From Acaryochloris marina MBIC11017 (lineage in GTDB: Bacteria > Cyanobacteriota > Cyanobacteriia > Thermosynechococcales > Thermosynechococcaceae): a stretch of DNA of 32,000 nucleotides. This document shows, in pieces, positions 1-8,548 of the stretch; positions within the stretch are counted from its first letter, which is position 1, and every line of letters begins with the position of its first letter. The notes beneath the pieces were generated by a model that made no database searches, was not told the DNA's origin, and saw only the letters and a list, made by a program, of their open reading frames with translations. The stretch covers positions 60,001 to 92,000 of the forward strand of contig NC_009930.1 in assembly GCF_000018105.1 (NCBI RefSeq). The letters run 5' to 3'. Made by a program: the position numbers and the translations under genes.

Positions 1-320
1 ATTAACGCATCGTAAGCAGGCATTGGATCTGGTACGTGAAGCTGAGCAGTCCTGATGGCGATACTCGTACTGATGGGAATGATGCGTTCAGCATAGTTAT
101 TTAGTACATGATCCGTTAACCAAAGACGTAGCACTTGGCCCTGCTTTTTATCACGGCGTTCAGTAAGGAGTACCCCTCGCTCAATTTCAAATACAGAGAT
201 TGCAGAAATGTAGGTTTGTTCTCCAGGTGTGCTGGTTGCCCATATTTCAACCTGCTTGTTGGCTTTTCTAGAAGCAACTTTACGGAGTTCAGAGATAACA
301 TTAGTATCCAGTAAGAACAT
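1..320 (-). CDS. vapC: PIN-domain toxin VapC/FitB-like, 5' part only (gene runs off the left window edge)
   Basis: Absent from the supplied ORF track because no stop lies inside the window. My reverse-strand translation from ATG 320..318 reads MFLLDTNVISELRKVASRKANKQVEIWATSTPGEQTYISAISVFEIERGVLLTERRDKKQGQVLRLWLTDHVLNNYAERIIPISTSIAIRTAQLHVPDPMPAYDALI..., open to position 1. The LLDTNV start and YISAISVFEI segment are typical of PIN toxins. The ATG shares one base with the TGA (322..320) of the upstream antitoxin. Confidence 0.8.
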   Translation of the reverse strand, partial: MFLLDTNVISELRKVASRKANKQVEIWATSTPGEQTYISAISVFEIERGVLLTERRDKKQGQVLRLWLTDHVLNNYAERIIPISTSIAIRTAQLHVPDPMPAYDAL

Positions 321-571
321 CAAGACAAATCTACCTCTCTCAAGGTTGAATCCGCATCCCGTACTGATTCAAACTCAATCTCAGCACAATCAGGCATCGC
401 TAACAAATCAGCTACGCTTTTAGACGAATGGATTAACTTATAGTATTGATCCACCGTTAGCAACACATGGGCAGGTGTTCCCCGATCTGTGATGAAGACA
501 GGCTCTTTTTCAGCAGCCCGTTTAGCTTTGCCCACATCTTGATTAAATTCTCGACTAGAAATGCTTTGCAT
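320..571 (-). CDS. Phd/YefM-type antitoxin (VapB-like partner of the PIN toxin)
   Basis: 83-aa ORF with ATG at 571..569. The N-terminus MQSISSREFNQDVGKAKRAAEKEPVFITDRGTPAHVLLTVDQY fits the Phd/YefM antitoxin pattern. It lies immediately upstream of the PIN toxin and is translationally coupled to it. Confidence 0.8.
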   Translation of the reverse strand: MQSISSREFNQDVGKAKRAAEKEPVFITDRGTPAHVLLTVDQYYKLIHSSKSVADLLAMPDCAEIEFESVRDADSTLREVDLS

Positions 572-583
572 ATGCCCCTCTGC

Positions 584-605
584 AATGTAGATATGTAACT
601 ACATT
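584..605. promoter_or_regulatory. Candidate operator of the phd/vapC operon (7-bp inverted repeat)
   Basis: aatgtag (584-590), 8-nt spacer atatgtaa, ctacatt (599-605), 13 nt upstream of the antitoxin ATG. Type II TA operons are usually autoregulated through palindromes in this position. The repeat is short, so chance is possible. Confidence 0.3.
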
Positions 606-700
606 ATAAATCCTTACCAGATGTATAGAGAGACACCAGAGTGTCAGGCAGGGCATCCTAAAGGAAGAATAATATTCAGATAAGATTTCAATCATTAACA

Positions 701-2881
701 ATGAGTGCCAATCAACCCGTCCCTTTGCTTTACAGTGGTCAAGTCGGAGACTATTTTGGAACGGAGTATGAAGGGCTGCCAGCCAATGTGCATCCCAGTA
801 TTAATGACGTTGGGGTGCAACTTATCCACCGCGATTTAATCTATCTTGGTGTTCTCACTTGTTCAGAGTTTTCCCAAGTTCAAATTTACGCATTCGCTAC
901 TCCAGATCGACAGACAGTCGTCTCGGTGATGGCAGGTGTATCTGAATTATGTGGAATTGATTGTGTTTGTAAGTTTGAAGACGGTAGTTTTCTGACCACA
1001 ACGACAACTCAAATCGCTCATAACGCCTACGATGAGCAGAGACTATTCCGTATTTCTTTCCCAGAGCTTAATGCAGTAGAACTTTTGGAACAACATCAGA
1101 GTTTTGCTCAAGAATTTGAGGATCGATGTGGTGGTGTTCAGGCGATCTTCATTGATCTACTATCACTCGCTCAAATGGTCGATGAATATACGCTCAGGCA
1201 AAGATCTAATCCTGGTCATGGAATTCTTCAGTTCACGACAAGCGTTGCTCAAGCTGGGTTTACCCAGATGATGATGGACGATAACAATGAAGATGATTTG
1301 GATGAAGGCGACGATGATAATGTAGATCAAATTGAATACGATGAAGAAAGTATTGCTCCTTTAATTCAGGCAATACTTCAGGATGATTTAGACCAAATAG
1401 AAACGCTTTTAGCCCAAGGTGCAGAATTAGATCCCAAAGATTGGCAAGAAGAAGTGCCACTTGTAGCGGCGGTCTATCGACAAAATCCCAAGGTGATCCA
1501 ACGACTTATTGCCGCAGGAGCAAATCTGGATAGGCTTGACCTAGCTGTGGATTGTAGTCCGGTTGGTATGGCCATTAAACAAAATAGCCCTAATTTGGTT
1601 ACACTCCTATTACATGCAGGAGCTTCACCAGATTCTGGGGATCTATCTTGGACCGGATTAACTCTGGCCATTAACCAAGACAACTTACCGATTTTAAAAA
1701 TACTTCTTGAGGCAGGGGCTGATCCCAATGCTGACATGGAAGATTATGATCGCGCCATTATGCATGCAGCATCTCAGGGCAACTTAGAGATGGTGCAGCT
1801 ACTTGTAACTCACGGCGCAGACGTCAGTGCTTGGAGTCAAGGCGATACCGCCATTATGAGTGCAGCTCATAATGAACATAAAGCTGTGTATGAGTATCTG
1901 TATCCATTGGTTGATGATGAAACCCGTCGCTATGCTGATAAACATGGACAGGCAGTAATGGCTAAAGCAGCTAAGCGTAAAGCCCGCTTATCCAATAAAG
2001 GAGCTGAAAAGCTTGGAGATGCGGCCTTGTATGGGAAATTAGCTCAAGTTAAGCAACTCTTGGCGGAAGGTATCAATCCCAATGTCATTACTGAATGTGG
2101 CAAAAGCCCTCTTATGATGGCTGCTATGTATGGCCACAAAGTTGTGATGGCCGCTCTGTTAGATGCAGGTGCTGATCCTAATCTAGGTAGTGATGAAGAA
2201 TATGCAGAAGGCACGACGGCACTGATGTATATTGCCAACAGCTTCTTTGCGACCAATCGAGTAGAGGTAATTCAGTTTCTTGTCGAGCATGGTGCGGATG
2301 TAAATGCAAAAAATCACAAAGGCCAAACGACACTGATGGTCGCTGGCGAAAATGTGGATGTAGTGAAAGCATTAATTGAAGCAGGAGCAGATGTTGATCT
2401 CCGAGACAATGAAGGTAATACAGCGATGATGCTTGGGAGTTGGGCAGTACAGCAATTACTTAAACAAGCTGGTGCGTCAGAAGAGGGCTTGAATGATATA
2501 GCCCTAGTTAAAGCTGCCCGTAAAGGTGATCTATCTATCATCGAAGTCCTTTTACAAGAAGGAGCCAATGTAAATTATGGCGATGGTAGTGCATTAGTCG
2601 CTGCTACTGGTTCTGGGCACTTAGCCGTCGTTGATCGCCTCATCAAAGCAGGAGCTGATGTAAATTTAGGCTGGAGAAGTGGATTTACACCTATTGCTGA
2701 CGCTGCTTACTCTGGTAACTTGGAAATAGTAGAGCGACTACTCAGTGCTGGGGCCGATCCTTTTCAGAAAACCCATGATGAGGAATTCCATGATGCGTTG
2801 GGTTACGCTGAACTTGGACAGGCTGAAGGACACCATCGAGACAAAGATTATGGAGCCATCATTGAACGATTAAAACGCTAA
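701..2881 (+). CDS. Ankyrin-repeat protein with an unrecognised N-terminal domain
   Basis: 726 aa, ATG start. About 12 ankyrin units are recognisable by recurring LLxxGA(D/N)(V/P)N turns (LLAQGAELDP, LIAAGANLDR, LLHAGASPDS, LLEAGADPNA, LVTHGADVSA, LLAEGINPNV, LLDAGADPNL, LVEHGADVNA, LIEAGADVDL, LLQEGANVNY, LIKAGADVNL, LLSAGADPFQ). They form two blocks. An approximately 190-aa non-repeat domain and an acidic linker (MMDDNNEDDLDEGDDDNVDQIEYDEE) precede them. Confidence 0.85.
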   Translation: MSANQPVPLLYSGQVGDYFGTEYEGLPANVHPSINDVGVQLIHRDLIYLGVLTCSEFSQVQIYAFATPDRQTVVSVMAGVSELCGIDCVCKFEDGSFLTTTTTQIAHNAYDEQRLFRISFPELNAVELLEQHQSFAQEFEDRCGGVQAIFIDLLSLAQMVDEYTLRQRSNPGHGILQFTTSVAQAGFTQMMMDDNNEDDLDEGDDDNVDQIEYDEESIAPLIQAILQDDLDQIETLLAQGAELDPKDWQEEVPLVAAVYRQNPKVIQRLIAAGANLDRLDLAVDCSPVGMAIKQNSPNLVTLLLHAGASPDSGDLSWTGLTLAINQDNLPILKILLEAGADPNADMEDYDRAIMHAASQGNLEMVQLLVTHGADVSAWSQGDTAIMSAAHNEHKAVYEYLYPLVDDETRRYADKHGQAVMAKAAKRKARLSNKGAEKLGDAALYGKLAQVKQLLAEGINPNVITECGKSPLMMAAMYGHKVVMAALLDAGADPNLGSDEEYAEGTTALMYIANSFFATNRVEVIQFLVEHGADVNAKNHKGQTTLMVAGENVDVVKALIEAGADVDLRDNEGNTAMMLGSWAVQQLLKQAGASEEGLNDIALVKAARKGDLSIIEVLLQEGANVNYGDGSALVAATGSGHLAVVDRLIKAGADVNLGWRSGFTPIADAAYSGNLEIVERLLSAGADPFQKTHDEEFHDALGYAELGQAEGHHRDKDYGAIIERLKR

Positions 2882-3268
2882 CAACTTTAATGTTGACAGA
2901 TGTGAAAACTATCGTCCCAGCAGTGTGGCAGTATCCAGTATCCCTCGCCTAAACCCTTCATTGATCTTAACCATGATCGATATCAGGGGCTTTTACTATT
3001 CCAACACCTCATCATTTTCTTAGGGATGTTCTTAGATCGTCACTTTAGGATATAGACCATCTTTAAACACACAGCCTTCAAGAATGTGCTGGCCCAGCTC
3101 ATAGATTAAATCCAACGCATTACAAGATGCCTTCACAATTGCCGGGGTGCAGTTGGCCGCAAGGTAAGCATAAATAAATTGCTTCACTTTATTTAGACCC
3201 TGAGCTTTATCAGAGAGCTATCCTATCAAGGAGTATACTTTCTGGGAAATAAACGAATCGCACAAAAA

Positions 3269-3907
3269 ATGATCATTACTTTGGCATCACTTAAAGGTGG
3301 GAGTGGAAAAACTAGCTTAGCCGTTCATTTGAGTCACGCTATATCTTTAGAAAAGAAAAAAGTATTATTAGTAGATGCAGATCCCCAAGCTAGCGCGCAG
3401 AATTGGGCCGCTGCAAGGGAGACTAAACCTCCTTTCACTGTAGTGGGTATGGCCAGAAACACTCTCCATCGTGACCTACCTGATTTGTTAGATAATTTTG
3501 ATCATGCTGTAATTGATACCCCACCAAGGGTGTCTGCCCTCGCTAGAACATCAATTCTGGCTGCTGACTTAGTAATTATACCTGTTCAACCTTCTAGTTA
3601 TGATGTCTGGGCTGCGGCTGAAACTGTTGCTTTGCTTGATGAAGCTAAAGGATTCAAGCCAGAATTGAAAGCAGTTTTTGTAGTGAATAGAGTACTAACT
3701 CGTACTTTAATATCTAAAGATGTAGTTGAAGCACTAGCTGAATATGACGTTCCGACATTATCGAATAAGATTACTCAGAGAGTCGCCTTTGCTGAAGCAT
3801 CTTCAGGTTATACAGTTCTTGAATCTGAGCCCAAAAAATCTGCTGCCAAAGAGATCAAAGCATTAAGCAAGGAAATACTGAAATTTCTTGAGTTAAAGAG
3901 ATGGTGA
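3269..3907 (+). CDS. parA: ParA-family partition ATPase (small, plasmid-type)
   Basis: 212 aa. Deviant Walker A LKGGSGKTS near the N-terminus, then VDADPQ and VIDTPP motifs. No N-terminal HTH extension. The stop overlaps the start of the next gene (ATGGTGA). Confidence 0.9.
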   Translation: MIITLASLKGGSGKTSLAVHLSHAISLEKKKVLLVDADPQASAQNWAAARETKPPFTVVGMARNTLHRDLPDLLDNFDHAVIDTPPRVSALARTSILAADLVIIPVQPSSYDVWAAAETVALLDEAKGFKPELKAVFVVNRVLTRTLISKDVVEALAEYDVPTLSNKITQRVAFAEASSGYTVLESEPKKSAAKEIKALSKEILKFLELKRW

Positions 3908-4671
3908 AGAAGAGTAGGATTGCGAGTAAACCAAATATTCCTAAGAGTGCTGATGAGTGGGTGAGTGCTGGAGGTCTTGATCCAGACTCTAAATCAACTG
4001 CTAATGAGAATGTGGCAAGTTGGGACTTTAGTTTAATTCAAGATAGAGACAATGATACTAGGGAAATAAATCAGTCTCATGTTGAATCTTTAGCAGATTC
4101 AATAGCAGTTCTTGGTTTAATTGAGCCTCTCGTAATTGATAGAGATGGGAAGCTACTTGCTGGGGGACATAGAAAGGTCGCTATTTCACTACTAGCAGAA
4201 CTAAATCCATCTGCTTACAAGACACACTTCCCAGACAATCTTGTTCCTGTTCGTGTAATTAATATTTCTTCTGACGAAAACCCTGATCATGCTATTGAAA
4301 TCGAGATATCTGAAAACGAACTAAGGAAAGATTATTCTAAAGCAGAGATATTGGCTATTGCTGAAAGACTTCGAAAGGCTGGATATAAGGATAATCCTGG
4401 AAGACCTAAAAAAGGGGAAAAGCGACTTAAACCTGCTTTGTCTACTATATTTGGAAAATCTATTCGAACTGTTGAACGATATCTTGCCGAAGAAACCCCG
4501 TCAAATGGCGAGGTTTTGAAATTAAGCACCAATGTTCACTTAAAGAAAGCCCTAACTCATTTAGATACATGGCATAAAACAAGAGGCAGGACAAAGAAAG
4601 AACAGGCTCTAGCAAAAAAACTACTTGAACTTAAGCCACTGATGGAAGAAATTTTGGATGCTAAATCTTAG
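3901..4671 (+). CDS. parB: ParB N-terminal-domain (ParB/Srx fold) protein, probable partition partner
   Basis: 256 aa. LIEPLVIDRDGKLLAGGHRKVA matches the ParB-box region (GHRR-like). A later HTH-like segment is GKSIRTVERYL. It is translationally coupled to parA. Confidence 0.7.
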   Translation: MVKKSRIASKPNIPKSADEWVSAGGLDPDSKSTANENVASWDFSLIQDRDNDTREINQSHVESLADSIAVLGLIEPLVIDRDGKLLAGGHRKVAISLLAELNPSAYKTHFPDNLVPVRVINISSDENPDHAIEIEISENELRKDYSKAEILAIAERLRKAGYKDNPGRPKKGEKRLKPALSTIFGKSIRTVERYLAEETPSNGEVLKLSTNVHLKKALTHLDTWHKTRGRTKKEQALAKKLLELKPLMEEILDAKS

Positions 4672-4764
4672 AGTAGGGTCTCGTAGAATATATCACCCAT
4701 AGACATCACCTAAAACTGTCTTATCAGCAACAGGTTTAATCAATACCAAGCACTGTCAGGCTTA

Positions 4765-5571
4765 TTAGTGCAAGAACTGACGTTGAAAAAAACTAGCAAT
4801 AGCTGAAGATACTCTTGGTCCACTCACATCTAGTAGCATCGAGTGCCCAGACTCATCAAACCAAGCAGTTTCAATCTCAAATGGAATGTTTTCTTGCATC
4901 ATTCCTAGCACAATAGGCGGCACCATTAAATCTTTATGGGAATGGACTGCAAATACAGGACATTGAATATGGGATAACCTACGACGAGCATAGCCACTTA
5001 GTTGCCAGAGTGTTCTCAAAGCTTTGGAGTGATAAAACTCATAGACGGGTAAATAAAATGGTTCTTGAGGTGGAGCTTCTATGGAAAAGCTTGCCCAGCT
5101 TAAAAGCGGAATCAAAATCTCGGCTTTTCGAGATAATCGTAAGGCTGGTGCAGCTACGGCACAGGCATCTATCAATCCTTCGGAAGCCATAGTTAGCGAG
5201 ATCGCACCGCCCATTGAAAATCCGAACATACCGACCTTAGAATAATGCTCCCTTGCCCGAGCAATTTCTTGTCGAGCTGCGGAGAGCATCCCTTCCGGTG
5301 TGATGTTAGAGAATGCTTGCTCTTGTTTATGTCGCTCTCGATAGCCATGCCCTGGTAATAAGGGGGCTACTACGGATAAACCCATGTTTGAGAGTGTAGA
5401 GATTGCTGGAGACACATCATAAGGATTTCCGGTAAAGCCATGCACGCATATAACCACTGCATCACCATTAGGCTTGGCCTTGCAGAACTGAGGCTTTGCG
5501 TCAGGCATCAACAGTTTTTCAATATCTGATGAGAGAAGGTCAAATCCTGAGAAATATGATGGCTGGTGCAT
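4765..5571 (-). CDS. Alpha/beta-fold hydrolase (esterase/lysophospholipase-like)
   Basis: 268 aa, ATG start. Oxyanion-type HGFTGNP motif, nucleophile elbow GFSMGG (GxSxG), and a C-terminal DLMV...GH region consistent with an Asp/His triad. Confidence 0.8.
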   Translation of the reverse strand: MHQPSYFSGFDLLSSDIEKLLMPDAKPQFCKAKPNGDAVVICVHGFTGNPYDVSPAISTLSNMGLSVVAPLLPGHGYRERHKQEQAFSNITPEGMLSAARQEIARAREHYSKVGMFGFSMGGAISLTMASEGLIDACAVAAPALRLSRKAEILIPLLSWASFSIEAPPQEPFYLPVYEFYHSKALRTLWQLSGYARRRLSHIQCPVFAVHSHKDLMVPPIVLGMMQENIPFEIETAWFDESGHSMLLDVSGPRVSSAIASFFQRQFLH

Positions 5572-5689
5572 AATCTCAACATCTCATTGAGTTAAAGCAA
5601 GGTTTGTTGGGTAGTTAAAATGATTTTAGTTGGTGCGGGTGTTACTCCAAATTTTAGAAATAAAACCTGTCCTCATGACTCAATACCCA

Positions 5690-6517
5690 TTAAGCACGGA
5701 CTTCGATTTCATATCCGGTAAACTTCCGAATATTGATGACACCCGAATCAAATATTAAATACTGTCCCTTAATACCCATCAAAATTCCACTCACTAGTGG
5801 TGTTTTGTCAAAATTAAACGAGGATATTTTTTTCGGAAATCTTTTGACTGGGTAGTTTATCTTCGTGACTGTGGCATCTAACTGATGTATCGCATTTTCA
5901 CCGTATTTCTTTAAAAGCGCAAAGATGGTTTCTTGAATCTGCGGTCTAACCTCATGAGCTTTCTCATCCAATGGAATCGGATCGTTATTACCCTTTAGCA
6001 TGGCTCGCCAGTTTGTTTTATCTGACATGAGTTGAGCTAACTTAACTTCAACTAAACCAGAAATATGTCGCGACTTTACTTGGTAGATGGGTAATGCTTC
6101 CGTAGCACCTTGATCAATCCAACGAGTGGGAATCTGTGATTGTCGCGTGATACCCACCTTCAATGCTGAAGTGTTGGCAAGGTAGACGACATGATCAACC
6201 ATACAGTTGTGTTGACCCCATTCTGGTTCTCTACAAGTTCCCATATGAAAGTGACATTGCTCAGGTTTCAAGATGCATATATCACAAGCAGCAAGGCTTT
6301 TCATACATGGATAACAGTACCCTTGCGAAAAACTTTTACTTGTTTTTCGCCCACAATTTTGGCAATAGATTTGACCTAAAAACTCTAATTCAAGATTTTG
6401 ATTGAGCAGTGGATTGAGTTGTAGCGATTGATCGCCCACTGGTAAGGTATATCCAACAACCTCATTGAGTTTCGTTTTCATTTTGCGCAAGGTACCTTGC
6501 ATAATCAATGTTTCCAC
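5690..6517 (-). CDS. Cys-rich zinc-ribbon protein, DUF2797-like
   Basis: 275 aa. Cysteine cluster CQNCGRKTSKSFSQGYCYPCMKSLAACDICILKPEQCHFHMGTC, as I remember for DUF2797. The family assignment is from memory. The track start at 6517 is GTG; an ATG lies at 6502. Confidence 0.55.
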   Translation of the reverse strand: METLIMQGTLRKMKTKLNEVVGYTLPVGDQSLQLNPLLNQNLELEFLGQIYCQNCGRKTSKSFSQGYCYPCMKSLAACDICILKPEQCHFHMGTCREPEWGQHNCMVDHVVYLANTSALKVGITRQSQIPTRWIDQGATEALPIYQVKSRHISGLVEVKLAQLMSDKTNWRAMLKGNNDPIPLDEKAHEVRPQIQETIFALLKKYGENAIHQLDATVTKINYPVKRFPKKISSFNFDKTPLVSGILMGIKGQYLIFDSGVINIRKFTGYEIEVRA

Positions 6518-6619
6518 TCTGTTTCAAAAGTCGGGCTATCCTTCCCGACGTTATATCAAAGATTGTGATTTGGGTTGCCACCACTAGCATATATTGCATT
6601 GCACTTATAAAGACATTGA

Positions 6620-8491
6620 TCAGCAAGCTGCAACCAAGGATTCGTCTTGGGCTAAAGTTTTCTGAAGTTGCTCTACCACTGGCCTTGCAGCTCTATGCTT
6701 TGCCGTCTTTTTACTAGAGGCAATGCCACTACCGATAATAACTTCGTCATCAACCTTGAGCCGACATTCACAGTGAAAGCCTTGCTCATGCTCCACAATC
6801 TCAAACTCTGCCTGTGGCCACTGAAGGCCCTGGCATAACTCCATGAGCAGACTCAGACAATTGTGCCCTTCCTGGTACTGCCTTAATTTATGGATCACGG
6901 GTGGAGGCTTAGGTGCAGACGGTTGGGGAATCGGAGGTGCTTCTCTATGCTCTGGATGAACTAAAGTACCTTCAAACTTAGCCTTGAGCCAAGCTAAACA
7001 AGCCTGATGTTTTGCACCCGTTTTATTCATAGAGATCCCCGGTTTAGCCGTCGTCCATAGCTGTTCGCCAATGAGAATCTCTAACCATGTCATAAAAGGT
7101 GGTTCCTGACTGACTTCAACATAAGCAGAACTGTGCCAAGCTTCTATTTGATTGAGAGCAATACTGACAATGCTGGCAGCATCATAGAGATGGTCTCCCA
7201 AGTACTCCAAGACCTGCTCTTGTAACTGCAGCTCATCCCCCAACAAGAGCAAGACAAATAAATCTTCCACGGTGACATTGCCAGACTGTAATCGAGTTTC
7301 AGCCTCAGCTTTAAGGTTTTCTCCTTGTTGATCTTCTAGGGCAAATCGGAGCAGAAGCGAGAACTCTCCTTGGGGCAGCTGGGCAATGATCTCGGGTGAT
7401 TGTAGCTGAGCTTCATAGAGTTGTCGCTGCTGGGCTTTGCAATAGGTTTTATGAGTCTCCTCCTGGGCTTGAATTGTTGCTTCAATATGTTGGGAAAGCG
7501 CTTGTATGTCTTCTATGGAATAGGGATAGGATTGCCCCTTCAGGTGAGCTTTGACCATACGATGGTTGATTAAGTCTGGATATCGACGAATCGGGGAAGT
7601 GAAGTGGCAATAGGCAGATAGATTTAGGGCAAAATGCCCATGGGGTTCAGGGCCATACTCAGCCGGATTTAGCCAACTCATTAGGACGCGACGAGTATCC
7701 TCCTCAGATTGAGCATTGACGAGAGCTGCAAACTGATGGGTTTGTTCAGGGCCAATGGCTCGATGCATGTGATTCCGATAAATGGCAGGGATATTGTGCT
7801 GGTCTAACCATTGAGCCATGGCCGTATTCGCCAGAATCATAAACTCTTGAATAATCAGATAGCTCTGATACCGAGCGAAGTCCGTGGAGAGGAGATTCCC
7901 ATTTTCATCTAGGTAATACCCTTCTGGCAAAGTGAGACCATCAAAATTCTTGGATTGGATTCGTCTTTGATAAAGCTGTTCTGCCCATTGCCAACACCGA
8001 TAGATAAAGTTGGAGTCCGGTCGGCTGATATCCATGAGGGCTTCATCCGCTTGTTCATAAGTGAAGCGTTTATGGCTACTCAACCGGGATTCATAGACTT
8101 CAACGTTCTGAATCTCAGCGGATTGATTCAGGGTGATCTCTAGGGTGATCGTGGGTCGAAGTTGATGTTCTAGGAGACTGAGCTTATCTTCAGATAAACA
8201 CCGAGGCAGCATCGGAGTGTTGTTATGGCGAAAGTACAAGGTTTGGATGCGTGACCTTGCTTCTTGATCGACGAGGCTTCCGGGTTGCACGAGTTCGGCA
8301 ACATCAGCGATATGGACTGAAAGGGTTGTGAGATGCTCTTTTTCTTCAATCCAGATGGCATCATCCAAGTCTCGGGAGTGTGCTCCATCAATAGTTATCC
8401 CTGGCACTTGTGGCCGTTGATTGATGGAGGTGTGAAGGGCAATGGTCTCTGCTTCTTCAATAACAGACTTAGAGAAGGGTTTTCGAGGCAT
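6620..8491 (-). CDS. RNB-domain 3'-5' exoribonuclease (RNase II/R family) with C-terminal dsRNA-binding motif
   Basis: 623 aa. RNB motifs SRDLDDAIW (aa ~39-47) and HFTSPIRRYPDLINHR. The C-terminus carries a dsRBD signature, GSGIASSKKTAKHRAARPVVEQL. There is no room for N-terminal cold-shock domains. Confidence 0.85.
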   Translation of the reverse strand: MPRKPFSKSVIEEAETIALHTSINQRPQVPGITIDGAHSRDLDDAIWIEEKEHLTTLSVHIADVAELVQPGSLVDQEARSRIQTLYFRHNNTPMLPRCLSEDKLSLLEHQLRPTITLEITLNQSAEIQNVEVYESRLSSHKRFTYEQADEALMDISRPDSNFIYRCWQWAEQLYQRRIQSKNFDGLTLPEGYYLDENGNLLSTDFARYQSYLIIQEFMILANTAMAQWLDQHNIPAIYRNHMHRAIGPEQTHQFAALVNAQSEEDTRRVLMSWLNPAEYGPEPHGHFALNLSAYCHFTSPIRRYPDLINHRMVKAHLKGQSYPYSIEDIQALSQHIEATIQAQEETHKTYCKAQQRQLYEAQLQSPEIIAQLPQGEFSLLLRFALEDQQGENLKAEAETRLQSGNVTVEDLFVLLLLGDELQLQEQVLEYLGDHLYDAASIVSIALNQIEAWHSSAYVEVSQEPPFMTWLEILIGEQLWTTAKPGISMNKTGAKHQACLAWLKAKFEGTLVHPEHREAPPIPQPSAPKPPPVIHKLRQYQEGHNCLSLLMELCQGLQWPQAEFEIVEHEQGFHCECRLKVDDEVIIGSGIASSKKTAKHRAARPVVEQLQKTLAQDESLVAAC

Positions 8492-8548
8492 CTTGGCTAA
8501 AAGGTTGGATTCTCATACACTTTAGCGACAAAAACGGAATTGAAAGCA

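Noticed and set aside
116-301. 61-aa ORF on the minus strand listed in the track
   Set aside because: It is an out-of-frame shadow of the vapC PIN-toxin frame, which gives a far more convincing family-like translation across the same bases.
3032-3187. Coding-looking minus-strand frame upstream of parA (..VKQFIYAYLAANCTPAIVKASCNALDLIYELGQHILEGCVFKDGLYPKVTI)
   Set aside because: It has only a GTG start and 51 codons, and an in-frame TAG lies just upstream. It may be a gene remnant or small regulator, but I cannot support it.
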